Positions 22,709 to 33,063 of a DNA stretch of 64,000 nucleotides are shown in pieces. Within the stretch, counting starts at the first letter, position 1, and every line of letters begins with the position of its first letter. The stretch spans positions 74,157 to 138,156 of the forward strand of contig NZ_JAAQPI010000002.1 in the NCBI RefSeq assembly GCF_011683955.1. The letters are read 5' to 3'. A program made the translations under genes and the position numbers. This stretch comes from Pseudomaricurvus alkylphenolicus. GTDB lineage: Bacteria > Pseudomonadota > Gammaproteobacteria > Pseudomonadales > Cellvibrionaceae. The notes beneath the pieces are model-generated. The model was not told the origin of the DNA and did no database searches. It saw only the letters and a program-made list of their open reading frames with translations.

Positions 22709-23971
22709 ATGGCCCTGCCCAATGTGATCCACACACCGTGGCTGCGACTCAAACGCGTTGCCCAGACCAACCTCATTTTGCAGAAGAACGCCTTGCAATG
22801 GATGATGGGTGACCGCCCGCCCGCACCGGAGTTGTTGCGCAAGGTATTTGAGGATCTGGGCACCACCTATGTCAAAATCGGCCAGCTGATTGCCAGCATG
22901 CCCTCGGTGTTCCCGGAGGAATATGTGCAAGCGTTTCAGGGCTGCCTGGACCAATCCCGCCCATTGCCCTTCGAACAGCTGGAGAAGACACTGCGGCGCG
23001 AGCTGGGCGACCCGGATCTGCACTTCAGCTGGATTGACCCACAGCCGCTGGCCTCCGCCTCTATCGCCCAGGTACACGCAGCGCGTCTGCATACGGGAGA
23101 AGAGGTGGTCATCAAAATCCAGCGACCCGATGCTCAGGACATTCTGAAAGCGGATCTTTCTGCCCTGCATTCAGTGACACGGGTGCTGGAGGTTATCGCC
23201 CCCAAGCTCAAACATGTGTCGCTGGCGGATATGGCCGAAGAGATCAAGGTGAGCATGCTGGAGGAATGTAACTTCGAGCAGGAGGCCAGCAACATCGCCA
23301 CCTACCGCGACTTTCTGCAAAGTATCGGCAATCGCGATGTGGTGGTGCCCAAGGTGTATGCAGCGGCCTCCACCAAGCGCGTGCTCACCATGGAGCGTTT
23401 CTTTGGTGTGCCGCTGACAGACCTCGATGCCGTGCGGGTTCGCCACCCTTACCCGGACCAGGCGTTGATGAACGCGCTGCATGTATGGTTCGAGAGCGTG
23501 CGCCGGTGCCGGATTTATCACGCTGACCTGCACTCCGGTAATATCATGATGCTGAACGATGGCCGCATTGGTTTTATCGACTTCGGCATTGTGGGCAGCA
23601 TTTCCGAGCAGGTGTGGCAGGCGTTGATGACTTTATCCACTGCGTTGCCCGTGGAAGATTTTGATACCGCCGCCGAAGCTCTGATGCAACTGGGGGCCAC
23701 CAAAGAAAATATCGACACGGAGGCATTGGCCAACGAACTGCGACAGTTCTACCAACAGTTGATGTTCACCAATAACGCGGATCTCAGTGACCTGGACAGC
23801 TCTCTGCAGGAAGTGATGTTGAATCTTACCGGCATTGGCAAGCGCTATGGCATTCGTTTCCCGCGCAGCTTTACCCTGCTGACCAAGCAGCTGCTTTACT
23901 TTGATCGCTACACCAAAGCGCTGGCACCTGATCTGGATGTGTGGCAGCAGGGGATGTTGATCGATCAGTAA
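22709..23971 (+). CDS. ABC1/UbiB-family atypical protein kinase (ADCK-like), second tandem copy
   Basis: ASIAQVHAARLHTGEEVVIKIQRPD, HADLHSGNIMM, IDFGIVG (catalytic loop and DFG-like). Confidence 0.8.
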   Translation: MALPNVIHTPWLRLKRVAQTNLILQKNALQWMMGDRPPAPELLRKVFEDLGTTYVKIGQLIASMPSVFPEEYVQAFQGCLDQSRPLPFEQLEKTLRRELGDPDLHFSWIDPQPLASASIAQVHAARLHTGEEVVIKIQRPDAQDILKADLSALHSVTRVLEVIAPKLKHVSLADMAEEIKVSMLEECNFEQEASNIATYRDFLQSIGNRDVVVPKVYAAASTKRVLTMERFFGVPLTDLDAVRVRHPYPDQALMNALHVWFESVRRCRIYHADLHSGNIMMLNDGRIGFIDFGIVGSISEQVWQALMTLSTALPVEDFDTAAEALMQLGATKENIDTEALANELRQFYQQLMFTNNADLSDLDSSLQEVMLNLTGIGKRYGIRFPRSFTLLTKQLLYFDRYTKALAPDLDVWQQGMLIDQ

Positions 23972-24050
23972 AATTGTCCACCCATGACGGGGGCAGCATC
24001 ACGGCAAATTCGCTGCCCGTGAGCCCCTCCCTGCGGCTGAATGGTTGATT

Positions 24051-24992
24051 TCAGCTGGCGGTTGCAGCCCTGGTTTTCTCCCAGGCGGTCAGGGCCAATA
24101 CCAGCACCGCGCCGGCAGCCAGACCTACCACGGCATTAAACAACTGCGACGACAATGCCGCCATAAATCCGCCCACCGGTAAAGTGTGCGCCCATTCCGC
24201 CAGATGGTGAACCGTATCGTGGGCGCCGGGTATGCCGTGCACCAGAATACCACCACCGACTAAAAACATAGCAGCGGTACCAACAATGGTGAGGGTTTTA
24301 AGAACGTAGGGACAACAACTCAGCAAGCCTCGCCCAAAGGCCTGCAGTGTTGTCGCCATGGGTTGGCCGTCGTCGGTGTTGGCCAGGTAAAGTCCGGCAT
24401 CATCGAGTTTTACAATCGCCGCCACCAGACCATAAACACCCACGGTCATCGCAACAGCGATGGCGACCACCACGCCCAACTGATTAACAAAAGGCGCATC
24501 CTGGACGGTTCCCAGGGCAATCACCACAATTTCAGCCGAGAGAATAAAGTCCGTGCGAATGGCGCCTTTGATTTTCTGTTGTTCGAATTCCGCCAGATCC
24601 ACCTCCGGGTCGGCAATGGCCTTAAGCTTCTCAGTATGCTCCTCTTCGGTTTCGGGATGCAGGTATTTGTGCACCAGTTTTTCGAAGCCTTCGAAACACA
24701 GAAAGGCACCGCCCAACATCAATAGGGGCGTAATCAACCAGGGCACAAAGGCGCTGATCAACAGAGCCCCCGGCACCAGCAAGCACTTGTTCAGCGCCGA
24801 GCCCTTGGCCACGGCCCAAACCACGGGCAGCTCCCTTTCCGCCCGAACACCGGACACCTGCTCGGCATTCAGGGCCAGATCATCACCCAATACACCAGCG
24901 GTCTTCTTGGCCGCCACCTTGGTCATGATGGCGATGTCATCCAGTATGGTGGCGATATCGTCCAGTAGTGCCAGCAGGCCCGCGCTTGCCAT
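24051..24992 (-). CDS. DUF808 inner-membrane protein (YedI-like)
   Basis: N-terminus MASAGLLALLDDIATILDDIAIMTKVAAKKTAGVLGDDLALNAEQVSGV closely matches the conserved YedI/DUF808 N-terminus. Confidence 0.85.
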   Translation of the reverse strand: MASAGLLALLDDIATILDDIAIMTKVAAKKTAGVLGDDLALNAEQVSGVRAERELPVVWAVAKGSALNKCLLVPGALLISAFVPWLITPLLMLGGAFLCFEGFEKLVHKYLHPETEEEHTEKLKAIADPEVDLAEFEQQKIKGAIRTDFILSAEIVVIALGTVQDAPFVNQLGVVVAIAVAMTVGVYGLVAAIVKLDDAGLYLANTDDGQPMATTLQAFGRGLLSCCPYVLKTLTIVGTAAMFLVGGGILVHGIPGAHDTVHHLAEWAHTLPVGGFMAALSSQLFNAVVGLAAGAVLVLALTAWEKTRAATAS

Positions 24993-25024
24993 AGGGTTGT
25001 CCTTTTAATAAGCGTGATAAGAGT

Positions 25025-25573
25025 TTATTGGAATTCGATACTCAGGAATTGACGGATTTGGATTTTGTTCGGGTGCTGATTCAGCCACTGCTTGAACGCC
25101 TCGGCCCGTTCAAAATCCTCGTCACCCAGCAGATCCCGAAATCGTTCGTTCTGGCGTTGCTCCTGTCGTTGCAAACGAATATTGCGCTGCCAGGCATCCG
25201 TAAAGATCTTGGGCAGCTTGCCGTGCAGATCCAGTTGCTTCAGCAGGCGCCATTCGCCCTTGTCCAGCCAGGCTTCATCGCAGGTGGTACACAGATCAAG
25301 GCGGTGATCGGTGTCGGGGCCCACTTGAAATTTGGTCATCAGGCGGGTGCACTTGGGGCAGCACAGAGCAGACTGGGTATCTTCGGCTTCTACCGGCTCG
25401 GGGCTGTCGGGCTGCTCCTCTGCCGCTTCCTTTGCGGCATAGTGTTCCAGCCAATAGCGGTAGAACATCAGCGACAACAGTGCACCTCCGCATTGGCTGC
25501 AGGAGGCGGCCACTAATCCCAGTTCCAGCTCTTTGGGTTCCAGGCGAACGTCTTTGCAATGTGGGCAATTCAT
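25025..25573 (-). CDS. Zinc-ribbon domain protein (two CxxC...CxxC modules)
   Basis: MNCPHCKD...CSQCGG and CCPKCTRLM...CTTCDE. Immediately downstream of the giant AAA+ gene. Confidence 0.55.
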   Translation of the reverse strand: MNCPHCKDVRLEPKELELGLVAASCSQCGGALLSLMFYRYWLEHYAAKEAAEEQPDSPEPVEAEDTQSALCCPKCTRLMTKFQVGPDTDHRLDLCTTCDEAWLDKGEWRLLKQLDLHGKLPKIFTDAWQRNIRLQRQEQRQNERFRDLLGDEDFERAEAFKQWLNQHPNKIQIRQFLSIEFQ

Positions 25574-25646
25574 AATCTACTCCCCCGCCGTTACTCAGTT
25601 AGTCTGCGTTCTTTGATAGGGTACCAGAGAAACTGGCAACAAGGCG

Positions 25647-28600
25647 TCAGTTCGTCAGGTCTTCATCGGGCTTGCCTTTGACAAAGGCCTCAAGTGCCCG
25701 CAGCTGCTGCGAGATATCCCCCATTCGCTCGTGGGTGCGCAGATCAATGTCCAGCTTTTTGTCCATACTGCGCACCAGCGGAAAGATACTGTGCTCAATG
25801 GCATCGGCCAGCACCCGTAGTACCTTGTCCATTCCTGGCACCGGCTGGTTAACCACTTCCACATTGGGCCTGCTCTCCGCCATCGCGGTTTTCAGCCCTT
25901 CCATCAGGGTTCTTATGTCGTCGTCATCCGCCGCTGTTTGCTGGGCAGGCTGCTCCTGGGAGCGCTGGGCAATTTTCTGCAGGGCCTGAACACCGCTGGC
26001 CAGATCCGCCAGCTGCGCCACCACCTTGCCGCCCACGTCGGCGTCGTCTCCGCCCATGGTTTTGTTACGCAGGAAGTCCTTTTTGATAGCTTCCCAGCGC
26101 GCCGCTTGCTCGTCCGTCATATTGCCGCGCAATTCAGCCAGCTTGAGCAAATTATCCTCCGCCCCGGTGGTCAGCAATTGAGCTTCACCGAGATAGTGAT
26201 CCTGAATCATCTGCATCAACTCGTCCTGATTCATTACCGCCGAGACCTTCTCGGTCATCTTGTTCATATTGCGGTAGCTGCCCTGCAATTTGAACGAGGG
26301 CTCCGTGCGGAACTTGTCATCCTGTGCAGCGGAAGCGATGTATTGCTGATTGATCTTTAGAACCACTTCTTGAATCACCATCATCTTTTTCAAAATATCG
26401 GTGATCTCGTTGATTTCCGCCCCGCTATAGCCGTGCTTGAGATCCGTGGTCGCCACTTCTCGCCCTTTGGCCATATCGATCAGGCGATAGACATCATCCA
26501 TCTCCCTGAGGGCCAATGGCGCCAGGACGGGGTTAGAGGTTAAGGCGTTTTCGATATAACTCAGTGCAAACTGTTCATCCATGCCACCGAGAATGTCACC
26601 GAGGTTGTAGATGTCGGCACGGTTGGCCAGCATGTCCGGAATCTTGAATGCCTCACCGGATTCCGTGTAGGGGTTACCTGCCATCACCACGCAGAATTTG
26701 CGCCCGCGCATGTCGTAGGTTTTGGTTTTTCCTTTCCAGACACCCTCTACCCGACGGGTGCCGTCACAGAGTGAAATAAATTTCTGCAAAAATTCCGGGT
26801 CGGTATGCTGAATATCATCCAGATACAGCATCACATTGTTACCCATTTCCAGCGCCAGATTCAGTTTTTCCAGCTCCTGTCGGGCGGTTGCGTTCGGAGC
26901 CTGTTGCGGGTCCAGGGAGAGAACATCGTGTCCCAGGGAAGGACAGTTAATCTTCATAAAGATCAGGCCCAGACGACTGGCCACATATTCCATCAATGTT
27001 GTTTTACCGTAGCCGGGAGGCGAGATCATCATCAGCAGCCCCATCAGGTCGGTACGCTTGTTCTCGCCAACGGTTCCCATCTGTTTGGCCAGGTTGTCGC
27101 CGATCAGTGGCAGGTAGGATTCGTTGATCAGTCGGTTGCGCACGAAGGAGCTTAAGGGGCGTGGCTTAAACTCTTCCAAACGCAATGCGTTCCTTTCTGT
27201 ACTGATTACTTCCTGTCGTACTTGCAGGTAGCGGTGGTAAGTCGGCACCACCACCTCACTATGGTGTTGCAGCCGCTGCAGAAATGCATCGAGGGAAAAC
27301 CCCAGGGAACGATCACTGATGGTCGAGTGTTCGCCCATCAAGCCGGTGACTTTTAGCTCCAGGTCCACTTCGCTGATGCGCCGTTGCAAGCGTTCATCGG
27401 CGTTGATCAAAGCAATGGCTTCCGGAATGTATCGCTCAAGGCGCTGCAGGCCTTTTTCTTCAATCAACGCCTGCAACCATGCACCGGTAAGATTCCAGCG
27501 CTCCGCCGGCCAGCCCATCATTTTATCCAGCGCCTGCTGGTATTGGCGCCAACTGGCGTCGTCCATGGAGCGCTGCAGTTCTTCCTGCAATTCCACCGCG
27601 TACTTGCTGCCGATAAACTCGATGTTCTCGCGGCCCAGTTCCGCGACCAGATATTGCGCCGCTCTGCGCCTATCCAGCGCTGACACCTTGATCGGGTGCT
27701 CCAGAATAAATTGCTCGATGGCGACGGCGATTTCCACTGACAATAGCTCGACCGCCTCGCCGCTGGCGAATGCCGCCTGCATTTGCAGGGCGGAGCGGGC
27801 TCGCTCCGGCCAGGTCGTTACGGGCAGAAGTTGACGCTCTTGGGTCGAGATGCCGCTTTTGCGGGCCTGGCTCTTAATATTGGCCCAGAATATCTGTGCC
27901 AAGCCGCGGCTCAATGGATCGAACCGCAGCAGATCTGCACGCTCCAGCGCCGGCACCAGAACCTTTAGAAGACTGGCCGCGTCTGCATCGTGAATACCTT
28001 TTTCGTAGCCCTCTTTGTAGCGGGGCGCGGCAAAATCACGGACCAGCTTGTCCAGGCTGGCATCTTCCAACAGTGCCTGCCGGAGGCCATCCATAGACAA
28101 ATCATCGCTCTGGCGCTTTGCCGCCTCCAGAATCTGTGCCGCCAGGTACTCCGCGCGATACACCTGAGGAGATTCGGATTCCAGCGACAGTTCCCAAAAG
28201 TCTTTGAGCTCGAGTAGCTCGGGGTTTTCGATGGGCTCGAAATAGTCGGTTCCCGTAAGATGGACATTGAGCACGCCCGCGCGAGGAATAATCGTTAAGT
28301 CCAACTCCTGGGTATTGACCGAAAAACGGTGACGCGGCCCCAGTTTGATGATGTTGCCGCCGTCTTCATAGATGTCTGCCTTGTCTCGAAGCGCGCGTAG
28401 CGCCTGCTCCTTGATGGCTTTGTAGCGAGCCTCAATATCGTCAGCTTTCACCGCGCTGTCCAGTTGGCGCAGCTGTTCAACCAGTTCACGCGTTTTCAGT
28501 GACAGGGCGTCTGAGGCGAAATAGGTGTTGAGTTCGTCGGCTTCGGTAAATTTGAGCGATCGTTTTTCGATACTGGCCAGAATCCGATCAGCGGCGTCCG

Positions 28601-30944
28601 CCAGGGATTGGGCCTTGCGTTGCCGCTCATCCAGCAGTTGCTGCTTGTGGCTCTCAAAGGATTCGTAGACCTCCTCGCGCTTGTCCATAATGTCCGCGAG
28701 AAATTGGTCGTGATCGCTGAACTGGCTTTCCAGCTCTTCCAGTTGCACCAGCAACCGCGACAACTGCTCGTCGCACTTTTCCGGATCCGTGGCCAGGCCC
28801 AGGGCGTTGGTAATGCTTTGGGAGAAGAGTTTGAATTGAGCTCCAAATTGCGCAATGGCCTCCGCCGAGCCCAGGCTTTTCTGCTTGTGCCGGGCATTGG
28901 CCTTGCTTTGATTAAGGCGTGAATAAACCTGTGAAATAGCATCGATAATACGGGTACGTATGGTCGCGTCCTGCACCTTGAGGGTGCCCATTAGTTCAGA
29001 CAGCAGATCCAGGCCAGAAGCGGTTTTCTCAATTTGCTCAATCAGGGGTTGCAGCTCGGCAATGGTTCCCGCTGACTCCAGCTCACCGTTGAGATGATCA
29101 ATTTTTTCGTCGTAGGGTTGCAGCGCCTTCTCATCGGAGAGAAAGACAACAGTCTGTTCGCTCAGCGAGGCTTCCGCCTCTTGCAGTTGACCATCCAACA
29201 CCCCGATCCTCTCGGCATCGATGTAGCGCAGTTCGCGCACCGTCACCAGATGCCCGCGCTGGCGGCGCAATTGACCCAGCGCATCGACGTATTCCTCGGC
29301 GCTCTGCCAGTTTTCGGGTCGAATGGAGCTTAATAGGCTCTCCTGAGTCTGCTCCGCCTCTGACATGGTGCGTGCGGATTCCTGACGAATGCTCTGAACT
29401 TTTTCGAACTCGTCAATAACCAGCTCTGAGGTGGCGGCGACCTTCTTGAGCAGCTCTCGAAATGCACCCGCTGACTCGTCTTCAATCCAGTAGTGGTCGT
29501 CAAAGACCTTGCGACTCGCTTTGCTCAGTTCTTCGTACTGACGGGCGGACACCGACTGGTTATCGATCATCCGGCAGATGCTGTAGAGATCGGACACCCC
29601 CCGCACCAGTTCCGCATTGCCAATGCGCCCCAGAAAGGTCTGGCTGGCCGGTGCCTGGCTGGCAAATTCGGTGGAAACGTAGGGCGTTTGCCAGATCTGC
29701 ATGGGGTGAACGCGAGTGGGTTCCTGCTCGGCGGTAAAGATTACCAGCTGGCCGTTTTCCGCCAGGGCGTAGCCGTGGCTATAGATGGGGTTTTGCAGTT
29801 GTTTTTCAATCAGGTTGTAAGCGAACAGGCCCACCACACCTTCGGCGGGCTCGTAGAACACGTAAAGAACGTCTTCGCCATTTGGGGAACGGATAGAACG
29901 CTTAAACGACAGTCCGGCAACTTCTTCATCGAACGATTTGTGTTCTCCGGTTTGCAGGTAGTAACCGCCGGGAAAAATAATGCCGTGATCTTCGGGCAAT
30001 TGCACGCAGGACTGACCTATGGCGTCCACGCGGATCACGCTTTCGGTCAGCAAGTTATAGATAAAGAATCGCCACTGCTCTTCACGGTAGGGACGAATCC
30101 GAATCAGGATAAGGCTGCCCACTTTCGCGTAGGCGATCTGCGCATCATCCAGAGACTGGGTCTTGTCCTCCACCGGCTCGTTGTAAATGCCAAGACCGTC
30201 TTCCGTGTTATTTTCGATTTTGATGGTCAGATCGCCACCAATGGTTTCCACAAATACGGTGTCGAGAATATTAATATGCGGGTGGCGCCCCTGGACACTG
30301 TCTTCGCGGCTGGTATCTATCCATTCAAAGTCATAGGCCGGCGGCAATTGGATATCCCGCTCGCCACGGTTATCGATATACTTGACGTCGCTGCCATCGG
30401 CGGACACAGTCCAGCGAAACACGCGGATATCTTCCAGGCGCTCACCGATCTGAAAACCCGCCAGCAGCTTGCCGTCCTTGATCGTCAGCTCAACCAGTTT
30501 GGTGTGCTTGTAGTAACGGTAAAGCTCTTCAAAATCGTTGACGAAGCCAGACTGCGCCAGAAAGCTCGTGGACATATCCACTGGCTGCATGTCAAAGGTG
30601 CCGCCGTTGTCGACGATAGCGAACAGGGCAAAGACGTCTTCAACTTTGGTTTCTTTTTTGAGACCGATAAAGACGTTGTAGCCAAACAACAGTTGCTCAC
30701 CCACCTGAACCACATCGCGGGCGACGCAATTGTTTTCCGTGCGCACCCGTACCCGGCCCGCGACACTCATGTCCGAACTGCCGAACTCTTCCAGGCGGGC
30801 GCGATTGAGTGCGCCGGTCTCGTCGCTGAGACGTTTGCCCTGGTCGATCAGGCGTTTGCGAATGATTTCGTAGGCACCGCCCTCCGCGACGGCGGCATCT
30901 ACAATGGCATCTTCGGCCGGATTACCGGAACCTTGCTGCACCAT
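25647..30944 (-). CDS. Giant (1765 aa) AAA+ ATPase-domain protein of unknown function, coiled-coil rich
   Basis: Single AAA+ module (Walker A MMISPPGYGKTTLM; Walker B NVMLYLDDIQH). Long coiled-coil central region. Large N-terminal region with beta-rich character. One uninterrupted 5.3-kb ORF with strong codon bias. Confidence 0.8.
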   Translation of the reverse strand: MVQQGSGNPAEDAIVDAAVAEGGAYEIIRKRLIDQGKRLSDETGALNRARLEEFGSSDMSVAGRVRVRTENNCVARDVVQVGEQLLFGYNVFIGLKKETKVEDVFALFAIVDNGGTFDMQPVDMSTSFLAQSGFVNDFEELYRYYKHTKLVELTIKDGKLLAGFQIGERLEDIRVFRWTVSADGSDVKYIDNRGERDIQLPPAYDFEWIDTSREDSVQGRHPHINILDTVFVETIGGDLTIKIENNTEDGLGIYNEPVEDKTQSLDDAQIAYAKVGSLILIRIRPYREEQWRFFIYNLLTESVIRVDAIGQSCVQLPEDHGIIFPGGYYLQTGEHKSFDEEVAGLSFKRSIRSPNGEDVLYVFYEPAEGVVGLFAYNLIEKQLQNPIYSHGYALAENGQLVIFTAEQEPTRVHPMQIWQTPYVSTEFASQAPASQTFLGRIGNAELVRGVSDLYSICRMIDNQSVSARQYEELSKASRKVFDDHYWIEDESAGAFRELLKKVAATSELVIDEFEKVQSIRQESARTMSEAEQTQESLLSSIRPENWQSAEEYVDALGQLRRQRGHLVTVRELRYIDAERIGVLDGQLQEAEASLSEQTVVFLSDEKALQPYDEKIDHLNGELESAGTIAELQPLIEQIEKTASGLDLLSELMGTLKVQDATIRTRIIDAISQVYSRLNQSKANARHKQKSLGSAEAIAQFGAQFKLFSQSITNALGLATDPEKCDEQLSRLLVQLEELESQFSDHDQFLADIMDKREEVYESFESHKQQLLDERQRKAQSLADAADRILASIEKRSLKFTEADELNTYFASDALSLKTRELVEQLRQLDSAVKADDIEARYKAIKEQALRALRDKADIYEDGGNIIKLGPRHRFSVNTQELDLTIIPRAGVLNVHLTGTDYFEPIENPELLELKDFWELSLESESPQVYRAEYLAAQILEAAKRQSDDLSMDGLRQALLEDASLDKLVRDFAAPRYKEGYEKGIHDADAASLLKVLVPALERADLLRFDPLSRGLAQIFWANIKSQARKSGISTQERQLLPVTTWPERARSALQMQAAFASGEAVELLSVEIAVAIEQFILEHPIKVSALDRRRAAQYLVAELGRENIEFIGSKYAVELQEELQRSMDDASWRQYQQALDKMMGWPAERWNLTGAWLQALIEEKGLQRLERYIPEAIALINADERLQRRISEVDLELKVTGLMGEHSTISDRSLGFSLDAFLQRLQHHSEVVVPTYHRYLQVRQEVISTERNALRLEEFKPRPLSSFVRNRLINESYLPLIGDNLAKQMGTVGENKRTDLMGLLMMISPPGYGKTTLMEYVASRLGLIFMKINCPSLGHDVLSLDPQQAPNATARQELEKLNLALEMGNNVMLYLDDIQHTDPEFLQKFISLCDGTRRVEGVWKGKTKTYDMRGRKFCVVMAGNPYTESGEAFKIPDMLANRADIYNLGDILGGMDEQFALSYIENALTSNPVLAPLALREMDDVYRLIDMAKGREVATTDLKHGYSGAEINEITDILKKMMVIQEVVLKINQQYIASAAQDDKFRTEPSFKLQGSYRNMNKMTEKVSAVMNQDELMQMIQDHYLGEAQLLTTGAEDNLLKLAELRGNMTDEQAARWEAIKKDFLRNKTMGGDDADVGGKVVAQLADLASGVQALQKIAQRSQEQPAQQTAADDDDIRTLMEGLKTAMAESRPNVEVVNQPVPGMDKVLRVLADAIEHSIFPLVRSMDKKLDIDLRTHERMGDISQQLRALEAFVKGKPDEDLTN

Positions 30945-31027
30945 AACTTCATCCCTTCATAGGTACTTAACAGGTTGTCCCCTGTAACGGATACGGGTTG
31001 CAGAAAACTGCGTTTCTCAACTGCCTG

Positions 31028-32974
31028 TTAGGCGTCTGCTTTATCGGATTCCTTCTCGGGCTTGCCTTCAATCACCCGATTCAGCAATGCGGAGATGGTG
31101 CCGCTCTTATCGGCCAGTCCATCGACTGCCTTACCGATAGACAGAGACTTGGCAAAGTTATCAAAGAAGTGATCCTCACCGCCCACGATATCGATCTTGG
31201 CTTTCTGCAGGGCGGTGGCCAGCACTTCGGCATTTTCCTTGGCGATGTCCTTGCCGGCTTCGATGGAGGCCAGGGCTTCTTTGAGCGCAGTCTCCAGCCC
31301 CATGCGGTATTCCTCGTGAGAGCGGGCCTGCTCGCTCATGCTGTTCATGGCCTCGAACTTGTCGACAAGACCGTCGGCCTCAGCCTTGAACTGCTCGCGA
31401 GTCACCTCTGCGCCCGCCAGACCAATTTCCCGGGCAGACTTGGCTTCAGCATCACCCTGAGCCGCAGTGACATCCGCCTGGGCTTTACCGGTACCCAACA
31501 GGGCGTCGGCCTCCGCATCGCCTTTGGCGCGAATCACGCTGGCCTCAGCCAAACCCTCTTTCTCCAGGGAGTCAGCAGTAGCAGCCTGAACACGGGCATC
31601 CGCCAGACCAGGTGCGGCGCGCTCCGCCTGAACCCCTTCCGCCAGTTTTTTCTTGGCATCGGCTTCTTTGGCGGCGGCTTCCAGTTCCGCCTGCGCCAGG
31701 GTGGTGATTTCCACGGCCTTGAATTTCGCGGCCTGTTCTTCAGCTTCGGCGGCCTTCACCTGCTTGACCTTTTCTTCTTCGGCAACAGCTTCGGCAGCCA
31801 GCACCTGAGTCTGCTTGGCTCGATCCGCCTCGGACACTTCGCGAACTTCCTTGATACGTTCTTCCTCAATGGCAACGGTTTTGTCCACTGCCACCCGTTC
31901 GCGAATCACATTGGCAATCTCTTTTTTCTCGACTTCGACGGCTTTTTCCGCTTCGATCTTCTGCAGTTCCACTTCCCGTTCGCGAGACACAATTTCCAGA
32001 TCACGAGCTCGGGTGACCTTCTCTTCTTCGATAGCAACCGCGCGCTGGCGGTTTTGCTCGGCGACTTCGATTTCGCGTTTCTGGTTTTCGGTCTGAACGG
32101 CCAGATCCTGCTCCACCTGAATGGTCGCGCCCTCGGCTTTGCGACGCTCTTCTTCTTGAACCTTTTTGGTTTCAGCCTCTTCGCGGGCGCGAATGGTGGC
32201 AACCTCGCGCTCCTGTTTGGCTTCGGCATCGGCCTGCTGTCGCTCCAGCTCCAGCATGGCTTCGACGGTTTCTACGTTTTTCTTTTTGATGGCCAGCTCT
32301 TCGTCGCGCTCCAGAATATTGGTGCGGACGTTTTGTTCGGCGGTGAGCTCGGTGATTTTTTTGATGCCTTCGGCATCGAGGATATTACTGGGATCGAGGG
32401 AAGCTTTGGGCGTTTGCTCCAGGTAGTCAATGGCCACATCTTCCAGAACATAACCGTTGAGATCGTCGCCGATAACTTCGATAATTTTTTCTCGGAATTC
32501 CTGGCGGTTTTCAAACAATTTGACAAAGTCAATCTGTTTACCCACCGTTTTCAGCGCTTCGGAGAATTTAGCGTTAAACAGCTGGTTGACCGCCTCTTTA
32601 TCGGATGCACGACCGGCGCCAATAGATTTGGCCACCTTAAGAACGTCTTCCGGCGTCTCATTGACTCGCAGGTAAAATGCTACCGTGATGTCGGCGCGCA
32701 TATTGTCTGCGCAGATCAGACCGTCCTTGCCCCTGCGGTCCACTTCCAGTGTCAGCAGGGAGATTTTCATCAGTTCCTTTTTGTAAATGATCGGGTATAC
32801 CAGAGCTCCAGTAAAATGTACTTTGGGTTTGGAACTCATGTCGTTCACGATCAGTGCGGTGCCCTGTTCGACTTTAACATAAAAGGATTTAAACAGGGCT
32901 GCCAACCCCATCAGAATAAGAAAACCGATTCCGACGACTGTGACGCCGGGCATAAGGATCGATAAATCAGCCAT
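31028..32974 (-). CDS. Flotillin-family protein (SPFH/band 7; YqiK-like)
   Basis: N-terminal TM segment and SPFH domain, followed by long EA/KE-rich coiled coil and a flotillin C-terminal region. 648 aa. Confidence 0.85.
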   Translation of the reverse strand: MADLSILMPGVTVVGIGFLILMGLAALFKSFYVKVEQGTALIVNDMSSKPKVHFTGALVYPIIYKKELMKISLLTLEVDRRGKDGLICADNMRADITVAFYLRVNETPEDVLKVAKSIGAGRASDKEAVNQLFNAKFSEALKTVGKQIDFVKLFENRQEFREKIIEVIGDDLNGYVLEDVAIDYLEQTPKASLDPSNILDAEGIKKITELTAEQNVRTNILERDEELAIKKKNVETVEAMLELERQQADAEAKQEREVATIRAREEAETKKVQEEERRKAEGATIQVEQDLAVQTENQKREIEVAEQNRQRAVAIEEEKVTRARDLEIVSREREVELQKIEAEKAVEVEKKEIANVIRERVAVDKTVAIEEERIKEVREVSEADRAKQTQVLAAEAVAEEEKVKQVKAAEAEEQAAKFKAVEITTLAQAELEAAAKEADAKKKLAEGVQAERAAPGLADARVQAATADSLEKEGLAEASVIRAKGDAEADALLGTGKAQADVTAAQGDAEAKSAREIGLAGAEVTREQFKAEADGLVDKFEAMNSMSEQARSHEEYRMGLETALKEALASIEAGKDIAKENAEVLATALQKAKIDIVGGEDHFFDNFAKSLSIGKAVDGLADKSGTISALLNRVIEGKPEKESDKADA

Positions 32975-33063
32975 AGTGGTTACTCCATTTCCAGACTTTT
33001 TATCCGCGAACGGATAGCTAAGAGGGTTCCGGCTCTAGCCGGGCCAACGCACGCGACAGACTG

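Noticed and set aside
23985-24020. Hairpin GGGCAGC-N14-GCTGCCC between the convergent ABC1 kinase and DUF808 genes, as a possible bidirectional terminator
   Set aside because: No T/U run on either strand, so it is not a canonical intrinsic terminator. Left as a possible RNA structure only.
29493-32965. Long antisense ORFs opposite the giant AAA+ gene and flotillin gene (e.g. 29493..30962 +, 30998..32965 + 655 aa), and likewise opposite ftsH (35747..37204 +), ppdK (17083..18327 +) and others
   Set aside because: The opposite strand carries full-length, strongly recognisable proteins (flotillin, AAA+, FtsH, PPDK). The antisense translations are low-complexity (G/L/F- or R/A-rich) products typical of high-GC antisense frames.
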